NCBI GenBank assembly: GCA_963924565.1
Contig: OZ004608.1
Location: forward strand, 33,480,001-33,544,000
DNA length: 64,000 bases
Reading direction: 5' to 3'
Source of the DNA: Ascidiella aspersa
Lineage: Eukaryota
The translations under genes and the position numbers were made by a program. A model generated the notes under the pieces. It was not told where the DNA came from. It saw only the letters and a list, made by a program, of their open reading frames with translations, and ran no database searches. Shown in pieces: positions 13,168 to 26,896 of this stretch; within the stretch, counting starts at the first letter, position 1, and the number at the start of each line of letters is the position of its first letter.

Positions 13168-16100
13168 CTATCCGACGGCCGAAGTGATAACTTGAGCAGC
13201 AATCAGGTCCGAGCTTCGTACGGTCAGTTGCATTGTGACGCCATCTTTTAGGACCAGCTTGGCCCTGGCCAGGACATCGTGGCCGCCCCGGTACACGCCG
13301 GCCAGAAGAAGGGTGTGGGCCGACTTGCCCTCTGGAACCTTGTCCGACCGCTCGCACGCCTGCATGCCAAGGTACTTCGAGATGTCCTTCACCGCGTCTG
13401 GAAAACGGTACATTGTTTTTAGGTTTAACGTGGGGAAGTTGTGTTTAAAGCAGTGGTTTATAACAGAAGTCGACTTTTGTGCTTGAGAATGTCAGATATA
13501 TTTTGACTAACTAGCGAAAATGCTAGCAAGGCCCTAGCCAAAATGGTTGGGAACCGCTGGTTTACTGAGACTTAAAAATATATATTTCTTTAAAGTTTAA
13601 ACAAACTTTCAAATCGAGTTTTACAGGTTTATACACGCATTGACGGAGCATTGATTGCCAAACAAGCCGGCTGTCAATGATTGTAAATAATTAAAGACCC
13701 CGGTATTTGGGACTAAGTGGTTCATCGCGTAAAAAAAATAGAACGGATTTTTGTACGTAGCCCTATTGCTTTAAGCTTTTTAAAAAGTTACAGTTTCCCA
13801 ATAGTGGATAGAATGCGTGTTGGGTAAAACACAATGGCTAAACCTCTTTGTAAAAATATCGCCGTATCTTATCTTAAACCTCTTTGCTGGAGAACAAGTT
13901 TCGTATTATCGTTTTCTGTGTCCAAAAAAAGTTTCTCTAAGGTAAGACTTAAAATGGTTTAAAATCAGTAGTTTGAGTAAGTGAGATACGCCGTGGCGAT
14001 ATTTTACTGTCAAACCACAAAGAATCATATTGCAGATAATACAAAGCACCCACCTTGTAGTGTGTTTACTGTTGATAGGGCGTAAGTATCCTCCACCTGA
14101 TGTTCATCTCCCACTTCGTCCCAAGCAGCCCCGAAGTTTCCCTTCATCACCTTTTGAACGTGGTCGGCCACAGTGATGTCAACGTCTTCCAACTAACAAC
14201 AAGCAGTGCTCGGTTAAGGCAGCTTGTTAACTCAGGGTTTTAAAATTTCTATTACAGGCCCTGGACATTTGTAAGAGAGGGGTTATAAATCGCTGTACAA
14301 TGTACATATGAAATCCTTAACGGGGTCATATTTATTTTCGATTTTTAAGGCTCTTTTGAACGCATGAAACTGATTTTTAAGAACCAGGTTCTTATTTAAG
14401 AAAATCTTTGTCTGATATTGCATATAAAAATACAATGGTGGTCTAAAAACCAACCCTTTTGCACGTGATCGGCCACAGTGATGTCAACGTCCTCCAACTA
14501 ACAACAAGCAAATGTGGGTTAAGGCAGCTTGTTAACCCAGGGTTTTAAAGCATCTATTGCAGGCCAAAGCGCTGGAATATTTTTAAGACAAAGGTCAAGA
14601 ATTGCTGCACATTTAGGTGATCATTTTTAACGAGTCGAAGTTTATTTTAGATTTTTAAGGTTTTTGGGGGACAAAGCTGTTTTTAAGACAGTAGTCGAAA
14701 CAAATGTGTTTAATCAAACAGCCAGGGTTTTAAAGACACGAAAATTGCCGTTTGATATTGCATGTCAAAAATATATTTTTATAGGTCCGACTCTTAGTTG
14801 CTTTTAATGCAACGATAATATGTTTCCTAAAAAAATGTACAACAGCAAAGTTGGCTATCTGCGATGTTATGTCCCTATTCTCGCTAAAAAAATATTAAGG
14901 ACAAGTGTATATAATTTCTATGGATAATCGTTTGTTTGTCTATCAACTAAACGGCAACAAGTACGATAATGGTGCAAGGGCAGTTTCTTTCTGTCACCAC
15001 CTCAACTTACCACGTATTCGTCCTGGTACCCGTCGTCATCTGTTTCTCCGGTGTTAGGATCGCAATCCTTCACTGTAAACTTCATGGCGCAAGTAAGGGT
15101 CGTCGTAACTTCGGTTGGGTCTTCGTCAGGGATGACAACACAAGCGTACGAAACACCTGATCGCACACACATAAATACAGATGGAAATCTGGCTTTTGTA
15201 AAGCATTCTAGTTTAAGGCAAATTATGTTTGGGTGATCGAGCTCGGGCAAGCTTAGGGGTTCTTAAAGTTGGATTCAAGGACCACTTGGGGGTATGTTAG
15301 CTAGTTTTAATGGTCCGTGAAGGTCTAATTTAGATAGAACTGAATTATTTTAGAAGTGATAAATTTTCAAAGGAAAAGCAATAACGTTTAAGCACCGAGT
15401 GTTTTTTTACTCCATTTTTGTTTCTTTTTAAGACCGAAAACAGTAGGTTTAACCGGTCTTGTTAATTTATAACGTCATTCTATGACGTTCGCTCTAAACA
15501 AATCATGTCGACCCTGGTCCACACAAACAAAAAATTACTGGCTTAAAACACAAATAGTTGTTTTTATTGCAATATACCAGACAATACGATGTTTTATATT
15601 TGCGGGCCTTCAGCTGTTTCAAACTGTCATTTCAACAAACGGTAGTAAGCAATGAAAAAATGGAACGCAAAAATAATCATCCAGAGAACGCAAACAAGTC
15701 ATCCAGACTGCATTGCCTAAGGTGAACTAAACAAGGACGGCGTTTTAAAAAACATAAACTAAAGTGGGCCGTACTCTTACCTAGCCGTGTTACAAAGCAA
15801 CGATCCATTATATTACAGACCGCTGAAAAGCGGAAATTGAAAAAAAAAGAATAGCAAACTACCGGGCTGATTGTAGATAAGCGACGGACAAGGCACATAG
15901 GCTACCACTTCGAATGCATCGCTTTGTTCAACTTGGACGGTTACATCCTCCAGTATTTGGTCGTTCAAGGTGTTAGTGCAGTCAAACTGCAGTACAACAT
16001 GGTTGGGAAAGGTATGCTTGATGCACTGCACCACGTATTCTGTCTCTGACTCCGTTAGTTCGACCGGTTCTGATGATTTGAAGAGAGGACCGAGCACCGC

Positions 16101-19100
16101 GAACTCGGGAATGCGCGAAAGTTGCTCTGTGGGTAGAAGAAATGGTTGTGAAAGTTTAAGCAGGGCTATGCGGGTAAAAGGTAAGGTCAATTTGGAACGC
16201 GGCTACTTTACTGTAGAGAGGGGGAGTGCAAAATATATATTTTTTGTAACTTCGTTATTGGGTGGATGATTTTACAACACAAAAAGTTTTGACCCGAAAA
16301 ATCTAAAAAGTTTGTGTTAAACTTTTCCCGAACGAACTAGAAAAGGGATTTATTTTATTTCAAACTAATTCAAATTTCATTAAAGAATATATTCTCTGGT
16401 AAATTAACGCTTTTTGTCATAGGGTGGATAATGACAAAATATAGGCGTCTCGCTTAACTTAGTACCTCTTGTGTTTATAACCTCGCGTTTTTATTCTACC
16501 AGTGCCAAACAAAGAACACTCACCTGCGTAGATTTCTTGGCGGGATGCGACCGGCTTGTCTGGTGATTTGCCCGAGAGTGCTGAAAACAAGGTTATAATT
16601 TTAACATCCGCTACTGTGTTCGCACTTATAGCAACAAATGGGCAGATAGTCAAAATCGAAGACACATTAGTTTTAGACGTAACAATGAAGGTTTTGCTGC
16701 AAACAAGTTTTACCGTTGTCATATGTCAATAACGCCTTATTTACTATAAGTGTACAGTGATACGTGTGTAATAAAATTGTTTTAAAGCGTTGTACGATTG
16801 TAGTTACACGTTAAGTGCAGATATCACGCGGATTTACAGCTTTTAATGTTACGTTTATATTGGTTACACAACTTACACAGGTCTTGTTTGGGTTCGTTTG
16901 CTGGGATTGAGACAAGTGGGACAGACTTAAGGTTAAAAGGTTCATCTGTGGGCTCCTTCAAATATTGCTGGAGACAACGTTCCAAGGCGGGCACGGAAAC
17001 CATCAGGCCTAGAATGAGAAGAAAGCTTAAAATTAGGAGATATTCTTCACAACAAGGGGGTATTGGCTGTTTAAGATACCAACTCGCGCTGTAATCGCTG
17101 TACATTAAAAGTTTTACAACATATCACTGCTGAAATCAAACTAGAACAAACGAAAGACTTTATTGTTTCGATTGACAGCAATGGTCTCAAACGAAATTAG
17201 TCCGAGAGCCAAATTAAACCAATTAGATTTATTAACCAGTACACCAGGGCCGTAATACACTAAATTAGCAGAACTGATGAAAGGTAGTAAAGCAAAAACT
17301 TTGGTATTAGGTTTGAACTCAAGGCTGAAAATATACTATTGGCCACAAGAATACGGAAAAAACACGAGGCACTAAAAAAAAAAATATTTGCCACTCTGAA
17401 TTGTTTTTAAGTAACATGCGATCATATCGGTCTTAACTCTTCTGAGTAAAGGCTGAGTTAACGGGAATTTGTTAAGCACTCTACAAAAACTCCACTAATT
17501 TAATATTCAAAACCCACGTTTCCGTTGTTTACTAAGACAATTGCCGTCTTAGCTTTAAAAACGACATACGCTAAATACCAGAAATATAAATGCGGTCAAT
17601 ACCGTTCTGAATGTAGGCAGAGTTGAGCGTCTTCTGACGTTGGTTGAGCGTGTGATAGTAGAAGGTGGCTCGATCCCGAACCTCGTCATCCTCATCCATC
17701 ATGGAACGGGAGAGAAGAGAAAGGATGCTCGGGAGAAGATCCTCGCACTGCGCTCCGAAGCGAGCAAGAGCAGATACAGCAGCTGGAGAATGGAAATGCA
17801 TTGTATTTGATGATTTTGAATTGGCTTCATTTTGCATCGTTTGTGAGCATTTTGATCGTTTTAATACAGTGCTTCCCAACCTTTGTCAGTTCGCGACGCA
17901 TTTTTAATGCAAGTTTTAATTTGCGACCCAAAATGGAGATGGATTGTGCGATGAATTATTTAATGTTTGTAATCAGGCGTGGACAACTAGATAATTTGTA
18001 AATTGCTTGTGTGCTCTTAATTCCAGTTCAAATCTAATTCGGATTTTACCAAAAATAGTAGTTTGTTCAATGGCATTTTTAGTCAATCAGTCGAAAAAAT
18101 AATTTGAATTAAAACAATTAGGTCGGAACGACTTGTTATTTGCATCGTTTGTGAGCATTTTGGTCATTTTAATGTACATAGAGTTTGGTTAGAATTATTT
18201 AGATAAGCTGGGTTAGGCCTAACAAATGTCAATTTGTTTGCTTTAGCTAATACAAGAGTTAAAAAAAGGTTATTTTGGTCGTTTTAAGTGATCTCATTTA
18301 AAGGATTTGCGTTTGAAAAAACTATTGTATTTAAAAAAAATAAAAAAATACATTGAGATATTATTATCCCGAAATTATTGTTACGAGGTGCAGCAATTTA
18401 GCTTGAGTAGAGTTGTGTAAAATGGTAACCATAACAGAACTAAAGCCTTTTGAAAAGGTTTACCATACATTTAGTGCCAATTATTTGAAATCTGTTGGCC
18501 TTTTAATAACTTACGGGCTGGCTAAAAAAAATGGTTTGTATAAGGTCGTGATTCGGTATTTCCTGAAGGAAAGTTAAAAGAACCAACATCATTGTGATAT
18601 TAATGTTTTCAAACAGTGCTGCAATTGAATAAACGGCTTTCAAACCATCCGTGTACCTGCTCTAACCACTTCATTTTCCAGGATCACTCTGTTGTAAATG
18701 AAGCGGATATACTTGGACGGGTTTTGTGTTCTTGGACCTTCTTTGCCGAGCAGATGAATGATCTTGGTGGCAAGGACAGTGTGCTCACAATCCTAGTAAA
18801 AGTAGAGGAATTAAAAAAATAGACAAAATGAAAACAATCAAATGAGTACATTGATAAATTTTAATCATTACACTTAGAACCGTGTGCTTAAAAACGTAGT
18901 AAAAATTAAAGGAATTTCAACAATAGTTGAAAATGAAAACTAATAAACTAGGTACATTGATAATTTTAATCATTAGAACTGTATGTTCATAATCCTACAG
19001 AGAAACGATCGTAAATTTTCTGCAGAAAATTAGATTACAAGTAATAACATTTTTAGTAATTTCATAATAATTCATATATATTTTAATATCACTTTTTTAT

Positions 19101-22100
19101 CGAGGGAATTAAAATAGAGAAGTATATTTGTCGATAAAAATTACCACAAATTATTTTTTCGATGTATACAACAAAAAAACTAAGACGAGAAGAAAAAACT
19201 GTTGAATTGATGTCCATATTTTGAGAATCGCTTTTAGGATCCCACTCGTTATATTTAGAATTTTTGTTTTTGTGACTGATTATCATACCTCAATGAATTC
19301 GCAGAGATGTGCCAAACCGCTTTCCTTGGATTCAGGGGATTCCTCAAGAATTGCAATGATACATTCCACAATGGCCTTCTTGTATTCAAAACCACCCTAA
19401 ACAGTAAATATAGAATTAAGTTTGATGTCATTTAAACATGTTTTAAAATCTATCCTATGTGAAATTTACTTTAAAAGGGCTGGCATAAACCAATCAAACT
19501 AAACAGATAGACTTTCTTTAATTAAGTTTGTTGTTAGTGTAATATGTACTAACTATTTTAAAACAGGTAGTGGATTTTACATAAATGCCTAAATAGCCCA
19601 TACAAACTAATGAAAAGATAAATAGAATAGGCTAATGATTCAAGTGGAAAATCGCATCCCAACTTTTTTCTGTGACTTTAAGGTCTTTTAAACCAGTGCT
19701 TCTTAAACTTTTTTAGTTTTGTTCACCCCTAGCATCTATTTCCAGATTTCCTTCGCCCCTTGTCTCATGATATGATAAAACTATCTCGTCTATATATAAC
19801 AGCACAAAATGACTGATTGTTTCGCAAGCTATCATCCATTTCTGACGGTTCACCCTTATTCACCCCTTTTGGTTGGTTTACCCCTGCAAAAATTCTATTC
19901 ACCCTGGGGTGAACCATTCACCTGATTAAGAAACACTGTTTTAAAACCACTTTTTGTGACCCTTTCTTCAAAGCATTAGTGCAAGCAGTTGTTATAACTT
20001 ACCTCATCTCTCAGCATTGACGAGAGGTAGTTCATCATGACTGCGTGCTTACGGGGATACTTTTGGCAGAGAGCGGATATGGCTCGTACCACGACCACCT
20101 TAAACTCGTCCGATATTTCCGACATGAACGATGTGATCTGCTTCATCAGACGATCGACGCTGCTTTCACTGCCAGTCTGTAAAGTTTCAACATTTTTGTT
20201 ATTGCAGTTTTTATTTAGATCAGCGGTTCTTAAACTGGGGTTCTTGAGGATATTTGAAGGGGTCCGCGTAACATATCTTATTTTATAGGCTGATAAATTA
20301 TACTATTGAGGAGAATATTTTTCTTGTTAAATATTTATTCATAATTATATAATTATTAAATCTCAGTAAGTTTAGTTATAATGAGTACCAAACTGAATGT
20401 TACAAAAATTATTTTACTGTAAATTTCCAGTTTTTGCTGTTTTAACCAATAAAGGGGTCATCCATTTTTGGATCTTTACAAAATTATTGTGTTAACAAAA
20501 CAAGCCATAGTTCTAACGGTAACACAGATAGCAATGAAAAGTCGCCACTTTTAACGAGTTTGGCAGAACTTATCTTTCAGAATGAAGGAATTTACCACAC
20601 CTTAGTCTTGTAAATTTGTAGGCCAAATACATATAGGGCCTCTGCAAGATGTTGCTGACAGATTTAAATGTTTGTAACTAGGAATATTCTATAATATAAG
20701 ATAGGAGCGAATACCCTATGCCCGGTGGTAGTATTGGTACGCGTACGATACTAGGGTGGAATCAATGACAGTCGCTAAAATTGATGTGGAGTAAAAACGC
20801 AGTAATTTCTGTCCTACAAAGTAAATTTAAGAAAAAAATATTATTTTCTTCTATTTTGCTAGCACATTTACCAAGTTGGATTGTGATACTTTTCGGCCCA
20901 AATATCGGGTATGGGGATCGGAAGAAAGTATACGCATCAGACATCCTTATTTGTAACAAACTAAAAAATGGTGTAAAACAGTGCATACTTTCAACAGTGT
21001 AGTGATGGCCAGGGTGGCAATACTCCTGTTCACATCAGTGATAAGATTCTCCAGATCCAGGTTACAAGCTGTAACTGCTGATGGATGTTTCATTGCAACC
21101 TTTAAACATGATTAACTGGTAAAAACAGCCAAAGCACATTTCCAAGGTTTTAATTAGAAGCGACCTGTTTAATAGCCAGCATATTAAACAAGTTTTTGTT
21201 TTTTAACATACTAAACAGTTTGATATGATACTAAAGCACATGCAACTTAAGAATGACGATCGATTAGTAATTTTACATATTCTAGAAACATGAAACTAAA
21301 TAAAAAGCAGTCGAAATATGCTTTGCACACAAATAACACAAAAGTTAATTTTACAAAGATAAAACAAAGCAATGTATATTAGCATGCAATACAGGTTGAA
21401 AGTTAAAAATGCTTTATAGGTAATGAAACTGCTAGCCTATTCGCATTTCAGTGATCGGTTTTGCCACCAAATGAGACAAAAACAATACCTTGTTAAGGGT
21501 TCGTACACCGGCATATCTAAAAGAAGGCTTTGGTGAACTGAGAAAGAGTTGCAGGACTGCGAGAAAACAGGCGAAAAAATTAATGCGACACAAAGCAACA
21601 GAGTTGGGACGGAATTTCAACCATCCACAGGGCAGTTAGAGAAAACTTGAAGGCTGAAGATAACAACTGATATAAGACATACTGTTGGTTAGTATGCTGT
21701 CAAGTGTTGTGCGACACTGAAACCCAAATAAGTCATGCTTAATTAGGCCGGTTTACTACAGTGGTGATTGCGCAACTGCTGGCTACGAGCAGAGCAGAGC
21801 GTTTTCTACCTTGCTTAAAGTCTTTACTCCGGCGTAGCGCATCGATGGTTTAGGCGAGGAGATAAATTGCTGTAAGACTGAATAGGCAAATAAATAACTG
21901 AATTGGAACATAATTTGCTAAAAAGCATAATATCCAAAAGAATTGTTTTTGTTTTGTAACCCCAAAATAAATGTTAAAATCAGGAGAAATGTTATTTTAA
22001 GCGTACTACAGGACATAATAAACAAGTCTTAAGAAGCTTAAACATAAGCCCATAGTGGTGCAATACTTTTTCAAAAATTATTTCCAATATTTTAAACAAA

Positions 22101-25100
22101 ATAAAAGGCCATTTGATTTGACACACCATTTGAGGCCAAATTGACGTAATAAAACTGAGTCAAAGTGAGATTTAATTGGTCAACACTATATATGTTCCAA
22201 TTAACAACCATTTTCAAACAAAATTTGGGTTCAAATAAGTTAGATGAGTGGACGAATTCTTCATATATACCTGATACTGCTGGGGCAAGCTCTCGTGCTG
22301 TGCAGTTCGGCATATTGACAATTGCTGAAGCAGCCTCATATATCACTATCTCGTGTTTGTTGCGCAGGCAGTTCTCAATAAAGTCGAACAGAGGACTGTC
22401 ATGTCTGAAAAACAAGAGTAAAATCGAGGAATTATATAAATTCGAATTCTAAGACAAATGGCAAACCATTAGTTGGTTAATTGATTTTACAATAAAAAGC
22501 AATAGGACGTTAACAAATACTAAAAATGTAAGAACTTTTTACAGGATTGCTGCACAATTCTATAAAATTAAATAAGAGACAAACACAGAGTACTGGACAT
22601 TTTTTTAAATATATTGAATGTAAAAGTCTGGTATCAATGCCATGGTCAGCACAATAACAAATGGTTGGATTGGACAAAACGTTTTTCCAACTTCACTTTT
22701 CTAAAACATACATGTATACCACTAGAGCTGTACATAAAATAAATTCAAAGATGTTTCAAATACTTTTGAACTAATTTTTTTCAAAAACTTTTTAATATGA
22801 AAATCAATTCAAAGACTTTTAAAAATGCAAAAGACGTGGCAACCCTGTTTTGAACAATTTTTTTAAACATCACTATTTTTTCATTTTTTTTTGTTGTGTG
22901 ATGTGGGAAACTCTATACCAAATATAGAAAGAAAGCAGAAGGCTATTTTTTTACTAGATCAATATCTAACTTTAAAAATATTTACATACCCTGCATCCTC
23001 TTCTTCCAATAGTTTGCTAGCGATGCGGATCAACATGCAATATGCGAATGGTGACTTCAAACCGGACTTGGTGAACTTGCTGACCATCTTCGATGTTCCG
23101 AGGCGATCTTTTTTGCGTAGATGGTACAACAGACCAAGAGCATGGTACTAAAATGAGAAGAAACTTTTGTGTCTGATTCCTAATTTCTTCATTTTTTTAA
23201 TTGTTTAGTAAACTGCTTCATAGTTTTTTATTGCAATTCGTGCAGCGCATTTTAATTGCAGAATAAAAAGGTTTGTTTCGCAAAAGTATCAAAAATAGTA
23301 AATTATGTTTAAAATAAAACAAAAAATTAGAAATAATGAATAAAAAACACAGGGTCTTTCTTTATCTGCTCATAAAAAATAACAAACCATACAATATACC
23401 ACATAAACTGTAACTATTGGTGTACTTAAAAGCATTAAGCTTATTAACTCCGCTTTTCAATATTCAATGGTTCGCATAAAATTTCTGTATCAGTATGTGG
23501 GCAACAGTAAACAAAAACTGTTAGCATTGTTATGATTTTCTTAATTTAGAAATTACCTGAACCATTATATTATCACTGGAGCAAGATTCCTGAACCTCAT
23601 TGACCCATCTCTTCACAAAGTCATTTGTGTGCTTGGTCAAATGGAGGGCGGAAACCAGTGCAGCACTTGCAACTGAGTGGACCTAAATAAGGCAACAGCT
23701 TGGCAAACAGTGTAATGGAATCTACAACATGCATGTTTAAAGAATTTATATTTAATTTATATGATTTCAAAATTTAGGTTCTGTAGAAGGCTAGAGTAAA
23801 AGTTTAGTTCAAGAGGGGGAAGGTACTATAAAATTTCATTCCTTCAGTTTTATTTTGGACGATTTAGTTCCTGTCCAGCATTTTTAGCATGACTTTTGCT
23901 AAAAAAAGATACTGTCATAGACTAGTTCGGGACCCAATCCCTAAAGTAGCTGCTAAGGATAAGGATTGACTTCACTTTCTCGAGAGACGTTTATTGGACA
24001 GTAAGACAATCAGTATACGGCAAACACACATGCACATCATGTGCTCACATTAGGCTACAGCTTGTCTCTAACATGAGATTACAAACCGTGCTCAAAATGT
24101 GTCTAATTCTCCTCGGTATCCACTCAACGAAATGGTGGTGCAATACAACGAAATACAAATTGAAGTCGCACACAAAGATATCATGCAGCGCTGAGAAAAC
24201 GAAGGCTTAGAAATTTACCAAAGTTCTATTCCCCCAGGAAAACTGAGTAGGCAGGTCGTCGATATGAATAGCGGTTCCCACAGTCATCCCCATTAGTTTG
24301 GCACAAAAGGTTTATAATAAATTAAATTTGCGACAAATGCCTACATACATTGATATGTTCAAAGAATACCTACATACATATGTTCAAAGAATGCATGTTT
24401 AGTGAAATTCAAACTTTAGGTTTGTGTTAAATATGATTCAGCATTTGATGTTTTGTGCAGGGTGGTAAATAGGAAAGATAGTAAAAAGTAATCGCATGTT
24501 GGTATTTTTTTTTACATCCTGTCAAACTAATAAAAGTGTGAACAAAGGATCCAACAAGCAAAATAAATATTATCTACTTACACCGAAGCGTCACAGTCTT
24601 TTAGTAGTTTGACTTCGAAAATTTTAACTTGACTAAATTTTTTTTTTTTGAATATCACAAGTTTGTAATTACACTACTTTAAGGAATTACATTGTACAAC
24701 GAAGAAATAACATACCTTATCCACAATGGCCTGTTTCATGTATCTTTCGATTCCTTGCAAGGTGCTTGAATCAGTGATTGCACACAAAGCTCTGACGGCG
24801 GCAGCTCTAAAGATGTCCTCTCTTCCATTCATGTCCTTTGTCAAACTGTATAAAAAAACAATCTTTCATGAAACAACATTTCACACTGTATGTTCTTTTA
24901 ACTGCTTTCAAAAATATACCTTTGGGTCACAATAAATGCATTTTCAGTCATTTTTGCCATCTCTTTAATTGTCAAATAGCACATTCTTCGCATTATAACC
25001 TGCAAAACACATTATTAGCAATTCATATACAATCTGGCCTAAGAACTTTAAATATCAGTTTACTGAAATTAAAATTTAGGGCGTTAGTGAAAACAGGTAT

Positions 25101-26195
25101 ACAAAATGTATTTAGGAAAATGATTTTATGCTTTATAAAAATGATTTTTGAATTTATACTTATTTTTTCATAAACAGTCTAAATATAAAGTTACTTTTAA
25201 ATTTTATTGGCTATCGCAGATTCCTCATAGGCCAAACTTTCATCTGTTTATTTATACATAAATTTGTATTAAGGATAAATTGAATGTTGACTCACGTCAC
25301 TGGATTGGAACAATTTTGTCATGGCGAAGAAAGTTTCTGTTGCCTCCATCGTACTGATAATCTCGCCTTGATTGATCAGGTAGATAATCTTTGTCAATAT
25401 TTCGCAGCATTTTCGTGGGTTGATTGGCGTTTGCTGGAAAATTCTGGCTTCTTGCAACACAGCAGTCCTCTCGATGGTTGCAAATGGATTTCCACTTGCT
25501 AAAAATGCAGTGAAAGGGTCAATGTAAATAATTATACTTTTTCACTGGTAACCATGTTTAAATGTTTCAAGAAATCATAATTAAGCAAAGCGGGATTTAC
25601 TATTTGTATATTACACACAGTGATAAGGTTATCTTATACTGCATTACATGGCACTTTTAGCTAAACTTTGAGTATGAATTTTCAGGTGTGCACAGTTATG
25701 GTTTTTACAACTGATGTTAAGAATCGTACTACAAGCTAATATTTTGTTCTAACTTTGGATATGCACATAAATACAAAATGCAAACTGGCTGGACACTAGC
25801 AATATAACGTTGACAACTTAATTTAAACGGGGACACGTATGTTCGTATTGTAAAACAAAGTTTTGCTTTGAATTGTTTAAAATGCCGGAACTGGTCTAGA
25901 GTCCTACCAGATTTTCGTCCGGGGTTTATATTGCTAACAATATTTGGGTTAGGGTGAGAGTTAGCGTTTGGGTGTGTCAAGTATTATTATTATACTTATT
26001 CTTGCATATTTTTGTCTTTCTGGCAATTTGAACTTTGACAACTAGTTTCGTTAGTGTTAAAATAGATGTGGTAGGATTCTAGACCAGCGCCAAAATGCCT
26101 ACTATTTGCAATATAATATGACCGGTTTATTTATTAGGCTAAAATATAAAACTTTATTCAATACCTTCCTCGTCTTTGTCCTTTCGCATTGGCAT
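13168..26195 (-). CDS. COPG: Coatomer subunit gamma (gamma-COP); about 19 exons plus one alternative exon
   Basis: Exon 1 [10 protein letters not shown] (26165-26195). Then [123 protein letters not shown] and [33 protein letters not shown] at 13168-13170. GT-AG boundaries are in phase. Confidence 0.97.
19694..19938. mobile_element. hAT-type MITE
   Basis: TIRs CAGTGCTTCTTAA / TTAAGAAACACTG; flanks TTTTAAAC / TTTTAAAA (7 of 8). Confidence 0.7.
21489..21556 (-). CDS. COPG: COPG alternative exon A (68 nt, [23 protein letters not shown]), closest to the canonical gamma-COP sequence
   Basis: Acceptor ttttctcgcag and donor AAG|GTATTG. Matches remembered vertebrate VLQLFCSSPK.ALRYAAVRTLNK. Confidence 0.9.
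21810..21877 (-). CDS. COPG: COPG alternative exon B (68 nt, [23 protein letters not shown])
   Basis: Acceptor ttgcctattcag and donor AAG|GTAGAA. Same length and phase as 21489-21556 and homologous to it. Confidence 0.85.
23913..24282 (-). mobile_element. Probable solo LTR in a COPG intron (alternatively a Pol III RNA gene)
   Basis: Termini TGTGGG...ACA on the minus strand with AATAAA 77 nt before the end, the same layout as 46575-47008. No TSD is visible. Confidence 0.45.
25887..26091. mobile_element. MITE with 22-bp TIR (GGCGCTGGTCTAGAATCCTACC consensus) and 8-bp TSD
   Basis: TSD AAAATGCC at 25879-25886 and 26092-26099. Confidence 0.85.
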
Positions 26196-26687
26196 TTTTC
26201 CGGCTAGTTTGTGCTCACGATAAAGAATATCAACAATAACAAACACTTTTACAGTCAATTTATAAAGCCCCAAAATTGAGATGAGGAAAGCTTTACGCGA
26301 GAGATTTCAAATGTGTATTATATCATGTTTCTCAGACGGCAGAATTGTTTGGCAAATGCATTATAAAATAGAAATTATTTAGTTTGGCAATTAAACACTA
26401 TTAAATCAATCATAAACTAGAAATCAATTTAAAATACCTTTATTTGCCTTATATTTAAAATTATTTAGGATATCAAACAAATATTAAGCCATTTTAGGTA
26501 CTCAAGCGATACGGATTAGTGGATAGCCACGTCAGGTTTGTCCGTTTCCAATTTACTGATGTAAGCATAATAGTTTTCTATGACAAGCAGTTTTTCTAAA
26601 TGGTAATACTATCAATAATATAAGTTTTGTACAAGCTGTAGTTAACCTGAATTGCCATGGCCGATTTAAATGCCAAGAAGAAAAATG

Positions 26688-26896
26688 GGCGCTGGTCTAG
26701 AATCCTATCTCTTTTGTTTTTACAGTTACGAAACAAGTTGTCAAAATTGAAGTTGCAAGAAAGAAATATGAATGGGAGAATAAATATAATATTAATATTT
26801 GACCAAACCAAGCCCAAACGCTAACTAGCACCCTGCCCAAAATAATGTAAATATAAACCCCCGGATGAAAATATGGTAGGATTATAGACCAGCGCC
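26688..26896. mobile_element. Same MITE family, opposite orientation
   Basis: Both TIRs present; flanks GAAAAATG / CCAAAATG (6 of 8). Confidence 0.8.
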
